This document shows positions 30,121 through 39,784 of a DNA stretch of 64,000 bases, piece after piece (within the stretch, counting starts at the first letter, position 1; each line of letters opens with the position of its first letter). The DNA comes from an uncultured delta proteobacterium (GTDB taxonomy: Bacteria; Desulfobacterota; Binatia; UBA9968): NCBI GenBank assembly GCA_963745835.1, contig CAVUZH010000013.1, forward strand, positions 544,001 through 608,000. The letters are read 5' to 3'. The translations under genes were made by a program, and so were the position numbers. The notes under the pieces were generated by a model, which was not told where the DNA came from, searched no databases, and saw only the letters and a list, made by a program, of their open reading frames with translations.

Positions 30121-31137
30121 TCACTGCTTATAAAGGGCTTCGATGAATCCGCTCTCTTCGAACTCCTTGATGAAGCGCAACTCGACGAAGTCCGTGGGAC
30201 GCGCCTCTTTGGCTCTGTCGCCCAGCGACTCCAAAACCGCTTTAATCCCTTCTAAAGAAGGATATTGATTGCGCGGCAGCTTGTCGTCGGTGATCGACAC
30301 ATCATAGCTTTTCTCGAGCACGGCAGTGTCCTTGAAGCCGCCCATGAGCTGCATGAAGACTTTCATGCCGGTTTTTCTGTCCCGCTTCATCATGTGCACC
30401 GCTTCCACTTGCGACTTCACATAGCGGCGCACGATGTCCGGATGCTCCTTGATGAAGCGCCGGGTCGTCACCGGCGCGACGTTTTGAAACGGCAGCGCGC
30501 TCACGTCCGCCAAGATCCTGAAGCCCTCCTTCTCAGCGGCAAAGATCGTCGGCGGGTTGAGCGACGTCGCCTGCACCCGTCCGGTGCGCAGCGCCGCCAG
30601 GCGCTCCGGCGTTCCACCCACCGCGACAATGGAAACATCTTTGGCAGGATTGAGCCCGAGCTTTCTCACGGCCAATTGCGTCGCCGTGTACGAGCCGCCG
30701 GAAAGACCCGCGGCGCCGATAATCGCGCCTTTGAGCTGTTCCGCCGACTTGATGCTCGGATGTCCCACCAGCCAGTAATCGAGCCCGGTGTAGCCGCCCG
30801 CCACATAGACGGCTCCCGAGCCGCCGAGATTGCTTTGCAAAACCGCCGGCGCCGCCGCTTGAATCAATCCCACTTCGCCTGAAATGAGTGCCATCGTCGA
30901 CACCGCGGCCTGAGCGCGAATCACGGTGACGTCGAGACCGTTCCTGGCAAATATCCCCGCCTCTTTCGCTAAAACCACCGGGAGATTGACCGGCCCCACA
31001 CCGGTATAGCTGACGTTAAGCTTCACCGGCTGTGCACGGCTCTCAGAAAGAAAAACGGCAGAACCAAAGCACGTGAAAAACACTGCGAACATCACGCGCG
31101 TCCATTTCAACGCGCTGCTTAAAGCAGAACTCTCCAT
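30121..31137 (-). CDS. NitT/TauT-family ABC solute-binding protein
   Basis: AKEAGIFARNGLDV, GLNPAKDVSIV..GG..ERLAAL and YPSLEGIK; likely start MESSA at 31137. Confidence 0.88.
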   Translation of the reverse strand: MESSALSSALKWTRVMFAVFFTCFGSAVFLSESRAQPVKLNVSYTGVGPVNLPVVLAKEAGIFARNGLDVTVIRAQAAVSTMALISGEVGLIQAAAPAVLQSNLGGSGAVYVAGGYTGLDYWLVGHPSIKSAEQLKGAIIGAAGLSGGSYTATQLAVRKLGLNPAKDVSIVAVGGTPERLAALRTGRVQATSLNPPTIFAAEKEGFRILADVSALPFQNVAPVTTRRFIKEHPDIVRRYVKSQVEAVHMMKRDRKTGMKVFMQLMGGFKDTAVLEKSYDVSITDDKLPRNQYPSLEGIKAVLESLGDRAKEARPTDFVELRFIKEFEESGFIEALYKQ

Positions 31138-31419
31138 TCGTCGCGACCCTCGGTTCCTTGCATTCAATTGTGATTGCCGATCATGACGGGGAACAGTTGT
31201 TCCAGGATGACTAGCAGCACCGCCAGCTAACTGGAAATGGGCACCGGCGTCAATAGCCGCTGCCCATCGCCGCGCGGCCACGGGTGCAACGCGTTGAAGA
31301 AAGCAGAAATGTTGATTTTGGAAAGCGCAAGGTCGATAACGGTACGTCGAAGAACGTAGCTGGCAGGAGCACCTGAGAAGGTCAGCGATCCGGGGTCACT
31401 CATGAAAAGCTTGTCAAGG

Positions 31420-31640
31420 TCTCGTTTAGATGCACCTCTTCACGGGAGGCGTGGGGTTAGTCTAATCACCCACACTCCCGTTGTTTGCGACCAGAGTTCT
31501 GTTCGGTCTCGGTCGACCAATCGGTCAGTCACTCATGCGTGCTCTTCGGCACATTATTGAATTCGACTCTGGTCTCCTAATCAAATCTTCGGATCTCCGG
31601 CTTAGGCCGGGACCATGACCCCAGGAGGATGACCAGAGAC
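31420..31640 (-). ncRNA. Bridge/seek RNA of the IS1111-type element (ends approximate)
   Basis: Two stem-bounded internal loops whose guides match the flanking target (AAGATTTGA, GGGGTCA) and the element end (CATGAGTGA). Confidence 0.8.
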
Positions 31641-32690
31641 GTCGGTAACTTTTTTTCGCCCAGGTACAGCCATAAGTCGTTGCCGAGGTCTGTGACGCTT
31701 AAACGACTCACTTCGCTTGAGCATGGCGTAAATGACAGTGAGGATCTTTCGCGCTACCGCCACTTTCGCCGTGCTCCGACCGCGTCGTCGACTCACTCTG
31801 CGGTACACTTTCTGAAAGTTCGAATCCCCGTTGGCGGCATGGATGCTGATCTCTACCAAAATCCATCGCAGCCATCGTGAACCCTGTTTGGTGATCCTGC
31901 CGCTGTAGCTCTTGCTTCCCGAGCTATAGATACTGGGAACCAACCCGGCATACGAACACAATCGCTTGGCATCAGGAAAACGGTCAACCTCACCAATCTC
32001 ACTGAGGATTAACAGAGCCGAGTAGTAACTGATACCCGGAATACCCATCAACAGTTGAGCCTGTGGGTTTTCAGCCACCTCGGCCTTTATCGTTTTTGTG
32101 ATCTCTCCAATCGAAATCGCCAACGCCTCAGCGATCCGCAGATACCCATCAATCTCTAGGCGATAGCAAGCACGCACGGCTAGACTCTTCAGCCACTGCC
32201 GGGAGGATTTCCCCAAAATATCACTGAACGTGCAATCGATGCCGTTCTTGGTCAGCACCGCATGAATCTTGTTCTTGATGCCGACTCGTATCGATACCAG
32301 CGAGGCCCGGTAACGCAACAACTCTCGAATGTCACGAACCTCACGAGGTGGTATGTACGCTTTCGGGATGCCATCTAGACGTAGCAGTTCCGCTAAGGTC
32401 GTCGCATCAATGGTGTCGGTTTTGATGCGCGCCTCAGCAATCGCCCGGGTCTTAAGCGGGTGGGCCAGCACTACGTCAGGTGTGTACTGCTCGATACTTT
32501 CGTAGAGATACATCCAGTTGCCCCTAGCCTCCACCACCACCTGACTGCGCCGGTCCTGTTTAGAAAAATAACTTTCCAACGCCGCTTGAGTCACAGGTAC
32601 AGTAACCTTGCTGGTTGTCTTTCCCTGTCGATCTTTCTTTACCACCACGGCCTTGCGCTTCCCCAGGTCCACTCCTATATACTCTTTCAT
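31602..32690 (-). CDS. IS110-family DEDD recombinase/transposase
   Basis: YIGVDLGK, VVEA, KTDTIDA (D-E-D-D), SYAGLVPS..SSG (catalytic Ser region), ITKQGS..LR..L and A.VAVARK. Confidence 0.95.
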   Translation of the reverse strand: MKEYIGVDLGKRKAVVVKKDRQGKTTSKVTVPVTQAALESYFSKQDRRSQVVVEARGNWMYLYESIEQYTPDVVLAHPLKTRAIAEARIKTDTIDATTLAELLRLDGIPKAYIPPREVRDIRELLRYRASLVSIRVGIKNKIHAVLTKNGIDCTFSDILGKSSRQWLKSLAVRACYRLEIDGYLRIAEALAISIGEITKTIKAEVAENPQAQLLMGIPGISYYSALLILSEIGEVDRFPDAKRLCSYAGLVPSIYSSGSKSYSGRITKQGSRWLRWILVEISIHAANGDSNFQKVYRRVSRRRGRSTAKVAVARKILTVIYAMLKRSESFKRHRPRQRLMAVPGRKKVTDVSGHPPGVMVPA

Positions 32691-32934
32691 GCTGCACCTC
32701 CTTTAGGCTTAGGCGACTCCTCACAGAGTCAGCCTGGTATAATGTTGGTCCATTAGAGACCGTCACCGCCCAATTTGCGAGGTGCAGCTCACAACATCTG
32801 CTTTTCATTTAATCAAATCTTTTGTTGACAATTTAGGTCGTCGTTGGTCAGGCCTTTTACTTTTGATGTTCATCGTTCATGGGACAAGATTTCAAGTCAC
32901 CCCATACCTGCAGCGGCAGCAGCGACGAAATGGG

Positions 32935-34032
32935 TCAAGGGCTCGGAGTCACGACCTCAGCGTGGCTGGACTCGGACGCGGGGGCATGGACGTCGCGCAC
33001 GCTCGCCAAGTCATGGAAGGCCCGCCACCGAAAAATCGACCATCGACCGTACGCTCGGAGCAGAGCCAGTACTGTGCGACGACGCATCCGCGGTGGAAGA
33101 AAATGCAGTAAGGACCATGTCAGAAGGAGGTTCCAGGTCTTTCGCGTTAGCAGCGTTCGGGGATAAAGGCGGATACACTCCGCGAGCTTGCGTCCGGCCT
33201 TTCTGTGGGAATCGAGACCGGGCGTCCGGCTCAAATAGAGGAAGGCAACATATTGCTTCACGTTCGAAACGCTTTCCCTGCGTATGCGGACGGGAAGACT
33301 CGGAGTTTGACGGAACGCGTTGTCGCAAACCCGCAGGCAGCCTCGTTCGGCGCGCTCTGAATCGGCGGACATGGTCCTTTCCGAAATACGATAAAGAATC
33401 TGGTACCGCGGCACGAGCGCGAACGGCCAACGGGCCGCGACCCGCAAGCAAAAATCCCAATCCTGGGCCGAGACGATCGAAGCATCGAAGCCGCCGACGG
33501 CAACGGCGCAGCTTTTACGAACGAGGATATTGGAACCGCTCGCTATAAAGCAGTGCCGGAGAAGGTCCGAGTAGACGTACCCCTCGAAACGCGCGCCTTC
33601 TTTGGCAAAGAGGAAGTGCGACCGCTGATCTATGAACACGGTCCAGCTGTACGCTATGGCCGCCTCGGAACGTTGGCGTAAAGCTCGAAGCTGCAGCTCC
33701 AGTTTGTCTGACGTCCAGAGATCGTCCGCGTCGATGAACGAGATGAACTCGCCTAGGGATTTTTCGATTCCACGGTTGCGCGCCGCCGGGAGACCGGCGT
33801 TCGGATAGCTGAAGATCCGTAACCGCGGGTCCCGGACGGTTTGCAAGCGAGCCAGGGTACCGTCGGTCGAGCCGTCGTCGATAACGAGGATTTCGAAATC
33901 GGCAAACGTCTGACGGCGAATCGACCGGATCGTCTCGAGGATCGTGTCTTCGGCGTTATAGGCTGGGACAACCACGGAAACCGGCGCCCTGCCGCCATCC
34001 GGCCTCTCCGGGAACGCGCTTTGATTGATCAT
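32935..34032 (-). CDS. GT2-family glycosyltransferase
   Basis: VSVVVPAYN, IDDGSTD, ARNRG, FIDADD and QDWDF. Confidence 0.92.
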   Translation of the reverse strand: MINQSAFPERPDGGRAPVSVVVPAYNAEDTILETIRSIRRQTFADFEILVIDDGSTDGTLARLQTVRDPRLRIFSYPNAGLPAARNRGIEKSLGEFISFIDADDLWTSDKLELQLRALRQRSEAAIAYSWTVFIDQRSHFLFAKEGARFEGYVYSDLLRHCFIASGSNILVRKSCAVAVGGFDASIVSAQDWDFCLRVAARWPFALVPRYQILYRISERTMSADSERAERGCLRVCDNAFRQTPSLPVRIRRESVSNVKQYVAFLYLSRTPGLDSHRKAGRKLAECIRLYPRTLLTRKTWNLLLTWSLLHFLPPRMRRRTVLALLRAYGRWSIFRWRAFHDLASVRDVHAPASESSHAEVVTPSP

Positions 34033-35672
34033 GCCGACACCGCCGCGTCGAGAAAGCGACTCGGTGGTTTGCTCGAGAGCGGCGCGCCCTCCATGTAGGC
34101 GGGGAGACGGGCGCCGATCAAGGTGAGAATTGTGGGCGCGAGATCCCGCACATGCCGCTCCGCGAGCATCGACCCGGCTCGATAGTCTGGGGCCCTGACG
34201 ATCGCAAATCCCCGATTCGCGTGGCCGCCGGTGCGCGCGTACGGAATGGGGCCGATGCGGCCGAATGTCGGGCTGTCGACGACGTCAACCGGCCACGGCT
34301 CGAAGAACACGATGAGATCCGGGTCCGGGAGATTCGAATCCGCGGCAAGCGGATCATGGCGCGTACGGACAATCTCCGCGATTAGCGGCTTTCCGGTTCT
34401 GGCATCGCGCAGAGCTTTCAAATGGCGGCTCAGCTGGTCGCAGAATAAATCGTATTCCGAGGGCAGGACGATTCCCTCTTTTTCACGGCCGCGCACGTTG
34501 ATCCTGATGTACCCGTGGGCGATGCTGGGAAGCGCGAAGCACTTCATCTCCCGCCACAGCGGGCTGTACCACATCGGCGGCTGGTGAAAGAGAGAACCGA
34601 ATTCGTTGGGATAGGCGGGCCCCGGCCCCGGGCTGCTTCTCCTCTCCCACCAGGCCGCGACTTCCATCGGGATCCAGCGCCGCAGCCGGCGACGCACGGG
34701 GTGGGTATCGGCACGAAGAGCATAGATTTCACGATGCCAGCCGAGGGCTTTTGGCAGGAACATCGGGGGCGGAGGAAGACCACCGGAGCCTTTGGCCAGC
34801 CCTCCCAGGGAGCCGAAGCTGAATCGGTAAAGGAACTCCGTAAGAAAGACGGTGCTCGGCAGATCGACCGAGTTCGCCTGCATGCCTTCGGGAGAAAAGA
34901 GGACGATATCGGCGTCCGGTCGAACGGTCATAATCCGTCCGATGGCCCGATCGACGGCTTTGAAAACACGCAGCATCGGGTCGCCTGAAATTTTTCTCCA
35001 TTGGCGCATGGGATGATCCTGGCTCAGGTGCCAAAAAAAGTGTCCGGCTGAATGCGTCTCGCCGAAAGTCGTAAAGAAAAAATCCCATGACTCACGGCGG
35101 AGAAGGTCCTCGCAGATCGCGGCCCTTCGCTCGATGCCTTTGTCGAGCGCTCTCTCCAGCCAAGCGACGGCGACGGGATTCCAGTAGCTCGCATGGTCGC
35201 GGTCGTATGCAGGATGGCGTCCATACTTTTGGATGAGCTGATCGAGCAACTCGGACGGCGCGGAGGCGCTTTCCGTCCTCGCGGAACGTGCGCCCCATGC
35301 GAGAACCTGGATGCCGTCCACGTTCCCGCAGAGCCTGGTTTGCGGTACGTCGAACACAGCGCAGCGATAACCGGGGCCAAGGGCGTAGAACGGAGGGTAG
35401 TCGACGAAAGGATAGGCTCCTGTATCGTTAAGCTCATAGTTGCGGGAATTGAACTTCCAGCGGCTCCAGTATCCCGTTCTTCCTGCTTCGCATCCCGTGG
35501 TGACGAGCGTCCATGCCTGCTCAGAGAGGTAAAGGCTCGGGCCTCGTAAAGGACAATAGGCCCCCTGCTCTCTCAGGCGGGCAATGTTCGGAAGGCGCCC
35601 CTCGCCGGCCCATGTCTCCAGGAGCACCGGATCGGCCGAATCGAGCCCGATTACGATGACAGGTTTTTTCAT
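34029..35672 (-). CDS. Alkaline phosphatase / nucleotide pyrophosphatase superfamily protein
   Basis: MKKPVIVIGLDSAD...G.LPNI..L...G, AWT..TG, GGH and DLAPTIL; start at 35672 overlaps the GT4 stop. Confidence 0.85.
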   Translation of the reverse strand: MKKPVIVIGLDSADPVLLETWAGEGRLPNIARLREQGAYCPLRGPSLYLSEQAWTLVTTGCEAGRTGYWSRWKFNSRNYELNDTGAYPFVDYPPFYALGPGYRCAVFDVPQTRLCGNVDGIQVLAWGARSARTESASAPSELLDQLIQKYGRHPAYDRDHASYWNPVAVAWLERALDKGIERRAAICEDLLRRESWDFFFTTFGETHSAGHFFWHLSQDHPMRQWRKISGDPMLRVFKAVDRAIGRIMTVRPDADIVLFSPEGMQANSVDLPSTVFLTEFLYRFSFGSLGGLAKGSGGLPPPPMFLPKALGWHREIYALRADTHPVRRRLRRWIPMEVAAWWERRSSPGPGPAYPNEFGSLFHQPPMWYSPLWREMKCFALPSIAHGYIRINVRGREKEGIVLPSEYDLFCDQLSRHLKALRDARTGKPLIAEIVRTRHDPLAADSNLPDPDLIVFFEPWPVDVVDSPTFGRIGPIPYARTGGHANRGFAIVRAPDYRAGSMLAERHVRDLAPTILTLIGARLPAYMEGAPLSSKPPSRFLDAAVSA

Positions 35673-36904
35673 TTCGACAGTATGCGGCCAAGCCCGGCTT
35701 CGGTTGTCGCGGCCGGAAGGTCGTCCGATTCCGATCGAAGAGGGCCCCACGCCCTCTCCAAAGCCGAGCGAACGGATTCGCGCCATCGCGCCAGCGAATA
35801 TTCCCTCGCGGTTTGCAACGCCCGCGCCGACATGCTCCGGTAGCGCGCGGGATCCGATAGACAAGCGCTCGCCGCGGCGGCGAGCGCCTCCGGCGTTTTC
35901 GTTTCGAGCACGACGGCGCAGCCTTTGCGCATCAGCGCCGGGGCAATCTCCGTAGGCGCCGTTACGACGGGAAGGCCGCAAGCGAGTGCCTCGTGCAGCG
36001 CTTGCCTGAAGGATTCGGTCTCGGCAGCCGGCAGGCAGCACATCAGATCGGCCTTTCGAAGCAGATCGAGGATGCGTTCGCGGCTCGGGGATCCATGAAA
36101 GGCCACGCGGTCGCGCACGCCAAAATCGTCCGCGACCTCCTCAAGCATCGAGAGGGATCGAAAGTCCCCTACCACATCGAGGCCGGCGCCCGGAAATTCA
36201 CGCGCGAGAAGAGAGAGGGCGCGGAGGGCAACGAGCGTTGGCCCGGCTTCGACCTCCCGGCCGAGCATGATCAGGCGCGCACAGCCCGGCTTGCGGACTC
36301 GTGCGGCGGCCGCGCCGGCCGTCTCAGACTCGGAGAGCGTAGTAATAAAGAGCCAGCAGATGGCGGGGTTTCGAATCGACGGCGGTTCCTCCGAGTCGCC
36401 GGTTGCGAAAACGACGTTCCTTCCGCCCGCGATCCTCTCCAGCATCGAGCGCTCCATGCGCCAGAGCCATCTCGGCTCAGACCATGTATTCAACTGCCGA
36501 GTCAAAAGCGGTTTTCGAAAGATCAAGGCGAGGATCAGTCCCAGGAAACCGATGGGAGACGGTATGAATGCGAACACCGCCCCCGTCGTCGCGATCTCCC
36601 GTGTGAGCTTGAGGGTATTGCGAATGAGCCAAAGCGGCAAAACGATCCAGGTTATCCAGGGCGACCTCGGCAGCCAGCTCAGGGGTACGACTGAGACATT
36701 TTTTCCAGAAATGAAAGAATCTCCGAGGGGCTCTTGAAAAGAGGGACCCACAATTCGGGTCGAGTCGAATAGCTGGGAGAGAGTTTCGACCTCGCGCGGA
36801 AGGCCGCCGAAGCCGGGGTGGCCCAGGCAACCGCGGCATGCAAACCCACTGGGGGACAACGGAGAAGACCACATCGGCTTATGCCAGACGACCGTCAGCT
36901 TCAT
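35669..36904 (-). CDS. GT4-family glycosyltransferase
   Basis: L.VVGD, V.FHG and ESFRQALHEALACGLPVV (EX7E); likely start MKLTVVW at 36904. Confidence 0.82.
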   Translation of the reverse strand: MKLTVVWHKPMWSSPLSPSGFACRGCLGHPGFGGLPREVETLSQLFDSTRIVGPSFQEPLGDSFISGKNVSVVPLSWLPRSPWITWIVLPLWLIRNTLKLTREIATTGAVFAFIPSPIGFLGLILALIFRKPLLTRQLNTWSEPRWLWRMERSMLERIAGGRNVVFATGDSEEPPSIRNPAICWLFITTLSESETAGAAAARVRKPGCARLIMLGREVEAGPTLVALRALSLLAREFPGAGLDVVGDFRSLSMLEEVADDFGVRDRVAFHGSPSRERILDLLRKADLMCCLPAAETESFRQALHEALACGLPVVTAPTEIAPALMRKGCAVVLETKTPEALAAAASACLSDPARYRSMSARALQTAREYSLARWRESVRSALERAWGPLRSESDDLPAATTEAGLGRILSK

Positions 36905-37126
36905 CGCGGTGTTCTCTACTCTTTCGAGGCCGAGGATTCCTGCCAGAGTTCCGAGCTTGTTCGCGGCATGCCACAAGGGTAACCGAGCTACTCAATACAT
37001 GCGGGCCCGGTATAGTCAAGCGACCGCAGGCGGCACGATAGAGAGGCGAGAGAATCGATCGAACCGGCGGAAATCGAATCAATCGAACAGGGGGTTTCAA
37101 ATAAAGCGTCAGGGATCAGGGATTCT

Positions 37127-37160
37127 GGGGTCAGGAGTTGTACTGCCACATCACTCCTGA
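37127..37160. repeat. REP-like palindrome upstream of RAYT
   Basis: GGGG followed by the 8-bp stem tcaggagt...actcctga. Confidence 0.55.
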
Positions 37161-37175
37161 TTAAAGGAACTTCTT

Positions 37176-37597
37176 ATGGCGGGACCCCTCCGACTTTCTG
37201 GTGCCATCTATCACCTCACCAGTCGCGGCAACGCACGTCAGAAAGTCTTTTTAGTGATACCGACCGAGAGCTATTTCTGAGTACTTTAGTCGGGGTTGTC
37301 AGCCGGTACGGTTGGATCTGCCACGCCTACTGGTTGAAGGCCAATCATTATCATCTGCTGATTGAGACACCCAAGGCCAATCTCTCCATCGGCATGCGCC
37401 AGCTCAATGGAATCTATACTCAAAGTTTTAATCGACGGCACAACAGGGTTGGGCATCTATTTCCAGGTCGTTTCAAAGCGATTCTGGTGGAAAGGGAATC
37501 CTACCTCCTGGAGCTCTGCCGCTACATCGTTCTTAATCCTTTACACGTGAAAGATCGGGCTATCGCTCAAAGTTGGAATCTAAAAAAGATGCGATAA
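37176..37597 (+). pseudogene. RAYT / Y1 HUH transposase, frameshifted and 3'-truncated
   Basis: GAIYHLTSRGNARQ, NHYHLL (HUH), FNRRH.RVGHLF.GRFK and RYIVLNP (catalytic Tyr); frameshift near 37250. Confidence 0.85.
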
Positions 37598-37601
37598 ACG
37601 T

Positions 37602-38240
37602 TCACTTGAACGCATCCTGCGCTGCGTGTTTCGCTAATTCAACAATTGAAGGCTCTGCTTTTGCGATGGATCCAGAATCGAAAGGCGGTTTTGGATCGTA
37701 TTCGATAATCAATTGAATGGTCTTCGCCATCTCCGGTCCTGAGACCTCCTGCGCAAGGTGAAGAGCCATATCAATGCCCGAGGAAACCCCAGCCGCGGTG
37801 ATGATTTTTCCTTGCCGAACAACTCGCTCACTCAGGTACTGAGCTCCGAACTTCTCCAGAACATCTCGGGCATACCAATGCGTTGTTGCCTGCAGCCCTT
37901 TTAAAAGCCCTGCCGCGCCGAGTATTAGTGATCCGGTGCAGACAGAGGTAGTCCACTTCGAAGTTTCGTGTGCTTTTCTAAGCCAGGAGAGTATGCGCGG
38001 ATCTTCGGCCGCGACCATCGTTCCCTTTGTTCCCCCCGAAACCACAATGATTTCAGGATCCGAGATATCATTCAGCGTGTAATCTGCCATAACAGAGAGA
38101 AAGTTCGTATGCGCTCGCTTCGGACCGAGTTCGGTAGAAACAAAGTGGACCTTTGCTCCCGGTAAACAGCTCAGGACTTCATAAGGACCGACCGCATCGA
38201 GCGCGGTGAAACCATCGTAGATCAGAATCGCAATCTTCAT
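37602..38240 (-). CDS. DJ-1/PfpI-family protein (isonitrile hydratase-like)
   Basis: LDAVGPYEVL, SVCTGS..LGAAGLL.G..ATTHW and TAAGVSSGIDMAL. Confidence 0.92.
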   Translation of the reverse strand: MKIAILIYDGFTALDAVGPYEVLSCLPGAKVHFVSTELGPKRAHTNFLSVMADYTLNDISDPEIIVVSGGTKGTMVAAEDPRILSWLRKAHETSKWTTSVCTGSLILGAAGLLKGLQATTHWYARDVLEKFGAQYLSERVVRQGKIITAAGVSSGIDMALHLAQEVSGPEMAKTIQLIIEYDPKPPFDSGSIAKAEPSIVELAKHAAQDAFK

Positions 38241-38326
38241 GAATCCTCCTTAAGAAAACCATTCTGTTGTAACAGATGAGACTTAGGATTGGATTGTCGA
38301 AAGATCGAGTTGGGCAAAATTAAAAC

Positions 38327-38653
38327 TCACCGCCGCATGCGCTCAAGCTCAGCGATTGCCGATCGTTTTTTCTTGCCCGACTGCTTGAGCAACTGGTCTG
38401 TTACCGTCTGCCAAGCATCCCAGGCATTGTCACCGTTACGATGATTCAACAGCCGTTCGCCGGCATCGCTGGGAACAATCAGGGCCTCCACCCTTCAACG
38501 CTTTGTCACGGCGTAGGAAACGCGCCGAACTTTTACATCGTCGATTATTGCTGACGCTTTGGCCTTGAGTTCACGAATTCCGATCGACGGTCTGCCTAGC
38601 TTAGGCTTGACCCTCCGGGACTGTTCCGTTCGTGAAGCACGGTATTTTCTCAT
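38327..38653 (-). pseudogene. Phd/YefM antitoxin with an internal stop; partner toxin lost
   Basis: IGIRELKAKASAII..V......VTKR*...ALIVP; TGA at 38497-38495. Confidence 0.75.
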
Positions 38654-38840
38654 GTGGTCACCTTCCAGCAGTATGAAACCGCAATGGATCTATTCTGGCA
38701 AGTGATCAGGATGACGAAAAAGGGTTTCGACATAGCATTGATCCGCATACGGTACTGTCCGGAAGGAAATCAAGGATGAGATTTCTTCTAGTTTAGTCTT
38801 GCCCTTTGCTTGGTTTACCCGCACAGGCAACTTTTTGAAC

Positions 38841-38995
38841 TCAACTCCACAACTTCTTGCTCGCTATCGCCGCGCCGTCTGAATGGGACCTTCGAACGGT
38901 TCAAGGGTCAACGTTCAAAGTTCAAAGTAGGAAACGGAGTTCGGTGCACGTCGCGCAGCTTGGCCCAAACGATTTTCGGATGGACGCGGCCGCTA
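38841..38995 (-). pseudogene. Extreme 3' end of a MetE-like (cobalamin-independent methionine synthase II family) gene, interrupted by a repeat tract
   Basis: GRVHPKIVWAKLR, then an insert at 38879-38952, then GAAIASKKLWS*. Confidence 0.7.
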
Positions 38996-39152
38996 AGCGC
39001 AGAGCGATTCTCCGTCTCCAAGGTTGGAAACGGGTTGCGGTCTGTAATCCTGATCCGAACTTTCAGAGTTTGGGAATTCCGAAAACCTGGAAATCGCGAC
39101 CGGCAATATGGCAAAAAGCCTATCGGGGAAGGAGGCAAGCTATTTGACGGAT

Positions 39153-39464
39153 TTACGAACCCGATTTGCGTTTTCGGGCACGTGAAGGGCGTTTGACTCG
39201 AGGGCGCCGGGCGACAGTCTTCCAGAATTCATCGTGTGATACGCCTTTGCCTGCTTTGATGCTTTTTCGTGACTTACTAAGCAAAGACTGCAAACGGCGC
39301 GAGTGGGCTAACATCAGCCGTTCCAAATCGTCGTCGTCCTTGGGTGCGAGCAATACCGCAGCTGCCTTGCCGTTGCGCGTGATAATGACCGGGCCTTCGT
39401 TCGCGCATTCGTCTACATAAGCACTGAGATGGGCTTTCACGTCCGCCAGCGCTGCGATCTTCAT
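39153..39464 (-). CDS. Phd/YefM-family antitoxin
   Basis: LADVKAHLSAYV...GPVIITRNGKAAAVL. Confidence 0.9.
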   Translation of the reverse strand: MKIAALADVKAHLSAYVDECANEGPVIITRNGKAAAVLLAPKDDDDLERLMLAHSRRLQSLLSKSRKSIKAGKGVSHDEFWKTVARRPRVKRPSRARKRKSGS

Positions 39465-39784
39465 AATTCAAACTCCTGTCCGCCAATAAACAGCCGATTT
39501 CCTTCTTTCACGCCGATCGCCAAGACAGAGACAGTCTTTTCTTCATGACTCACGTCGTAAAAAACACGAAATGAGTTTTTCGGACCAAAACGCAGCTCCC
39601 ACGTCGCGCCAAACGAGGCGGGCTCCTCAAGTGGTTTCCGGTTTCTCGTCTCCGTTGTAGGTGTTTGGGAAAGCTGCTCCTTGATCCTGGTCGCGACTAA
39701 ACGGAGATATTTAGACTCGATCCAATCCAGATGTTTGTACGTCTCTGGCGCGTAGATGATCGTAAATTCGGATCGCCGCGCCAT
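39461..39784 (-). CDS. RelE/ParE-family toxin, upstream of its antitoxin
   Basis: RNRKPL...WELR....FRVFYDV....V.VLAIGVK; TATAAT 8 nt before the ATG at 39784. Confidence 0.85.
   Translation of the reverse strand: MARRSEFTIIYAPETYKHLDWIESKYLRLVATRIKEQLSQTPTTETRNRKPLEEPASFGATWELRFGPKNSFRVFYDVSHEEKTVSVLAIGVKEGNRLFIGGQEFEL

Larger units (their letters stand above)
31396..32815 (-). mobile_element. Complete IS110-family element, IS1111 type
   Basis: Subterminal inverted repeats ATGAAAAGC (31402-31410) and GCTTTTCAT (32800-32808); core TGA (tca at 31396-31398 and 32813-32815); long 3' non-coding end; TTGACA at 31417-31412 next to the right end. Confidence 0.9.

Noticed and set aside
35673-36041. 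N-terminal extension of the phosphatase-family ORF
   Set aside because: It overlaps the GT4 gene in another frame; the family motif begins at MKKPVIVIGLD.
38750-38780. ccggaaggaa resembling the SRP RNA loop
   Set aside because: It lacks the flanking CAGG/GCAGC pairing and the long stem.
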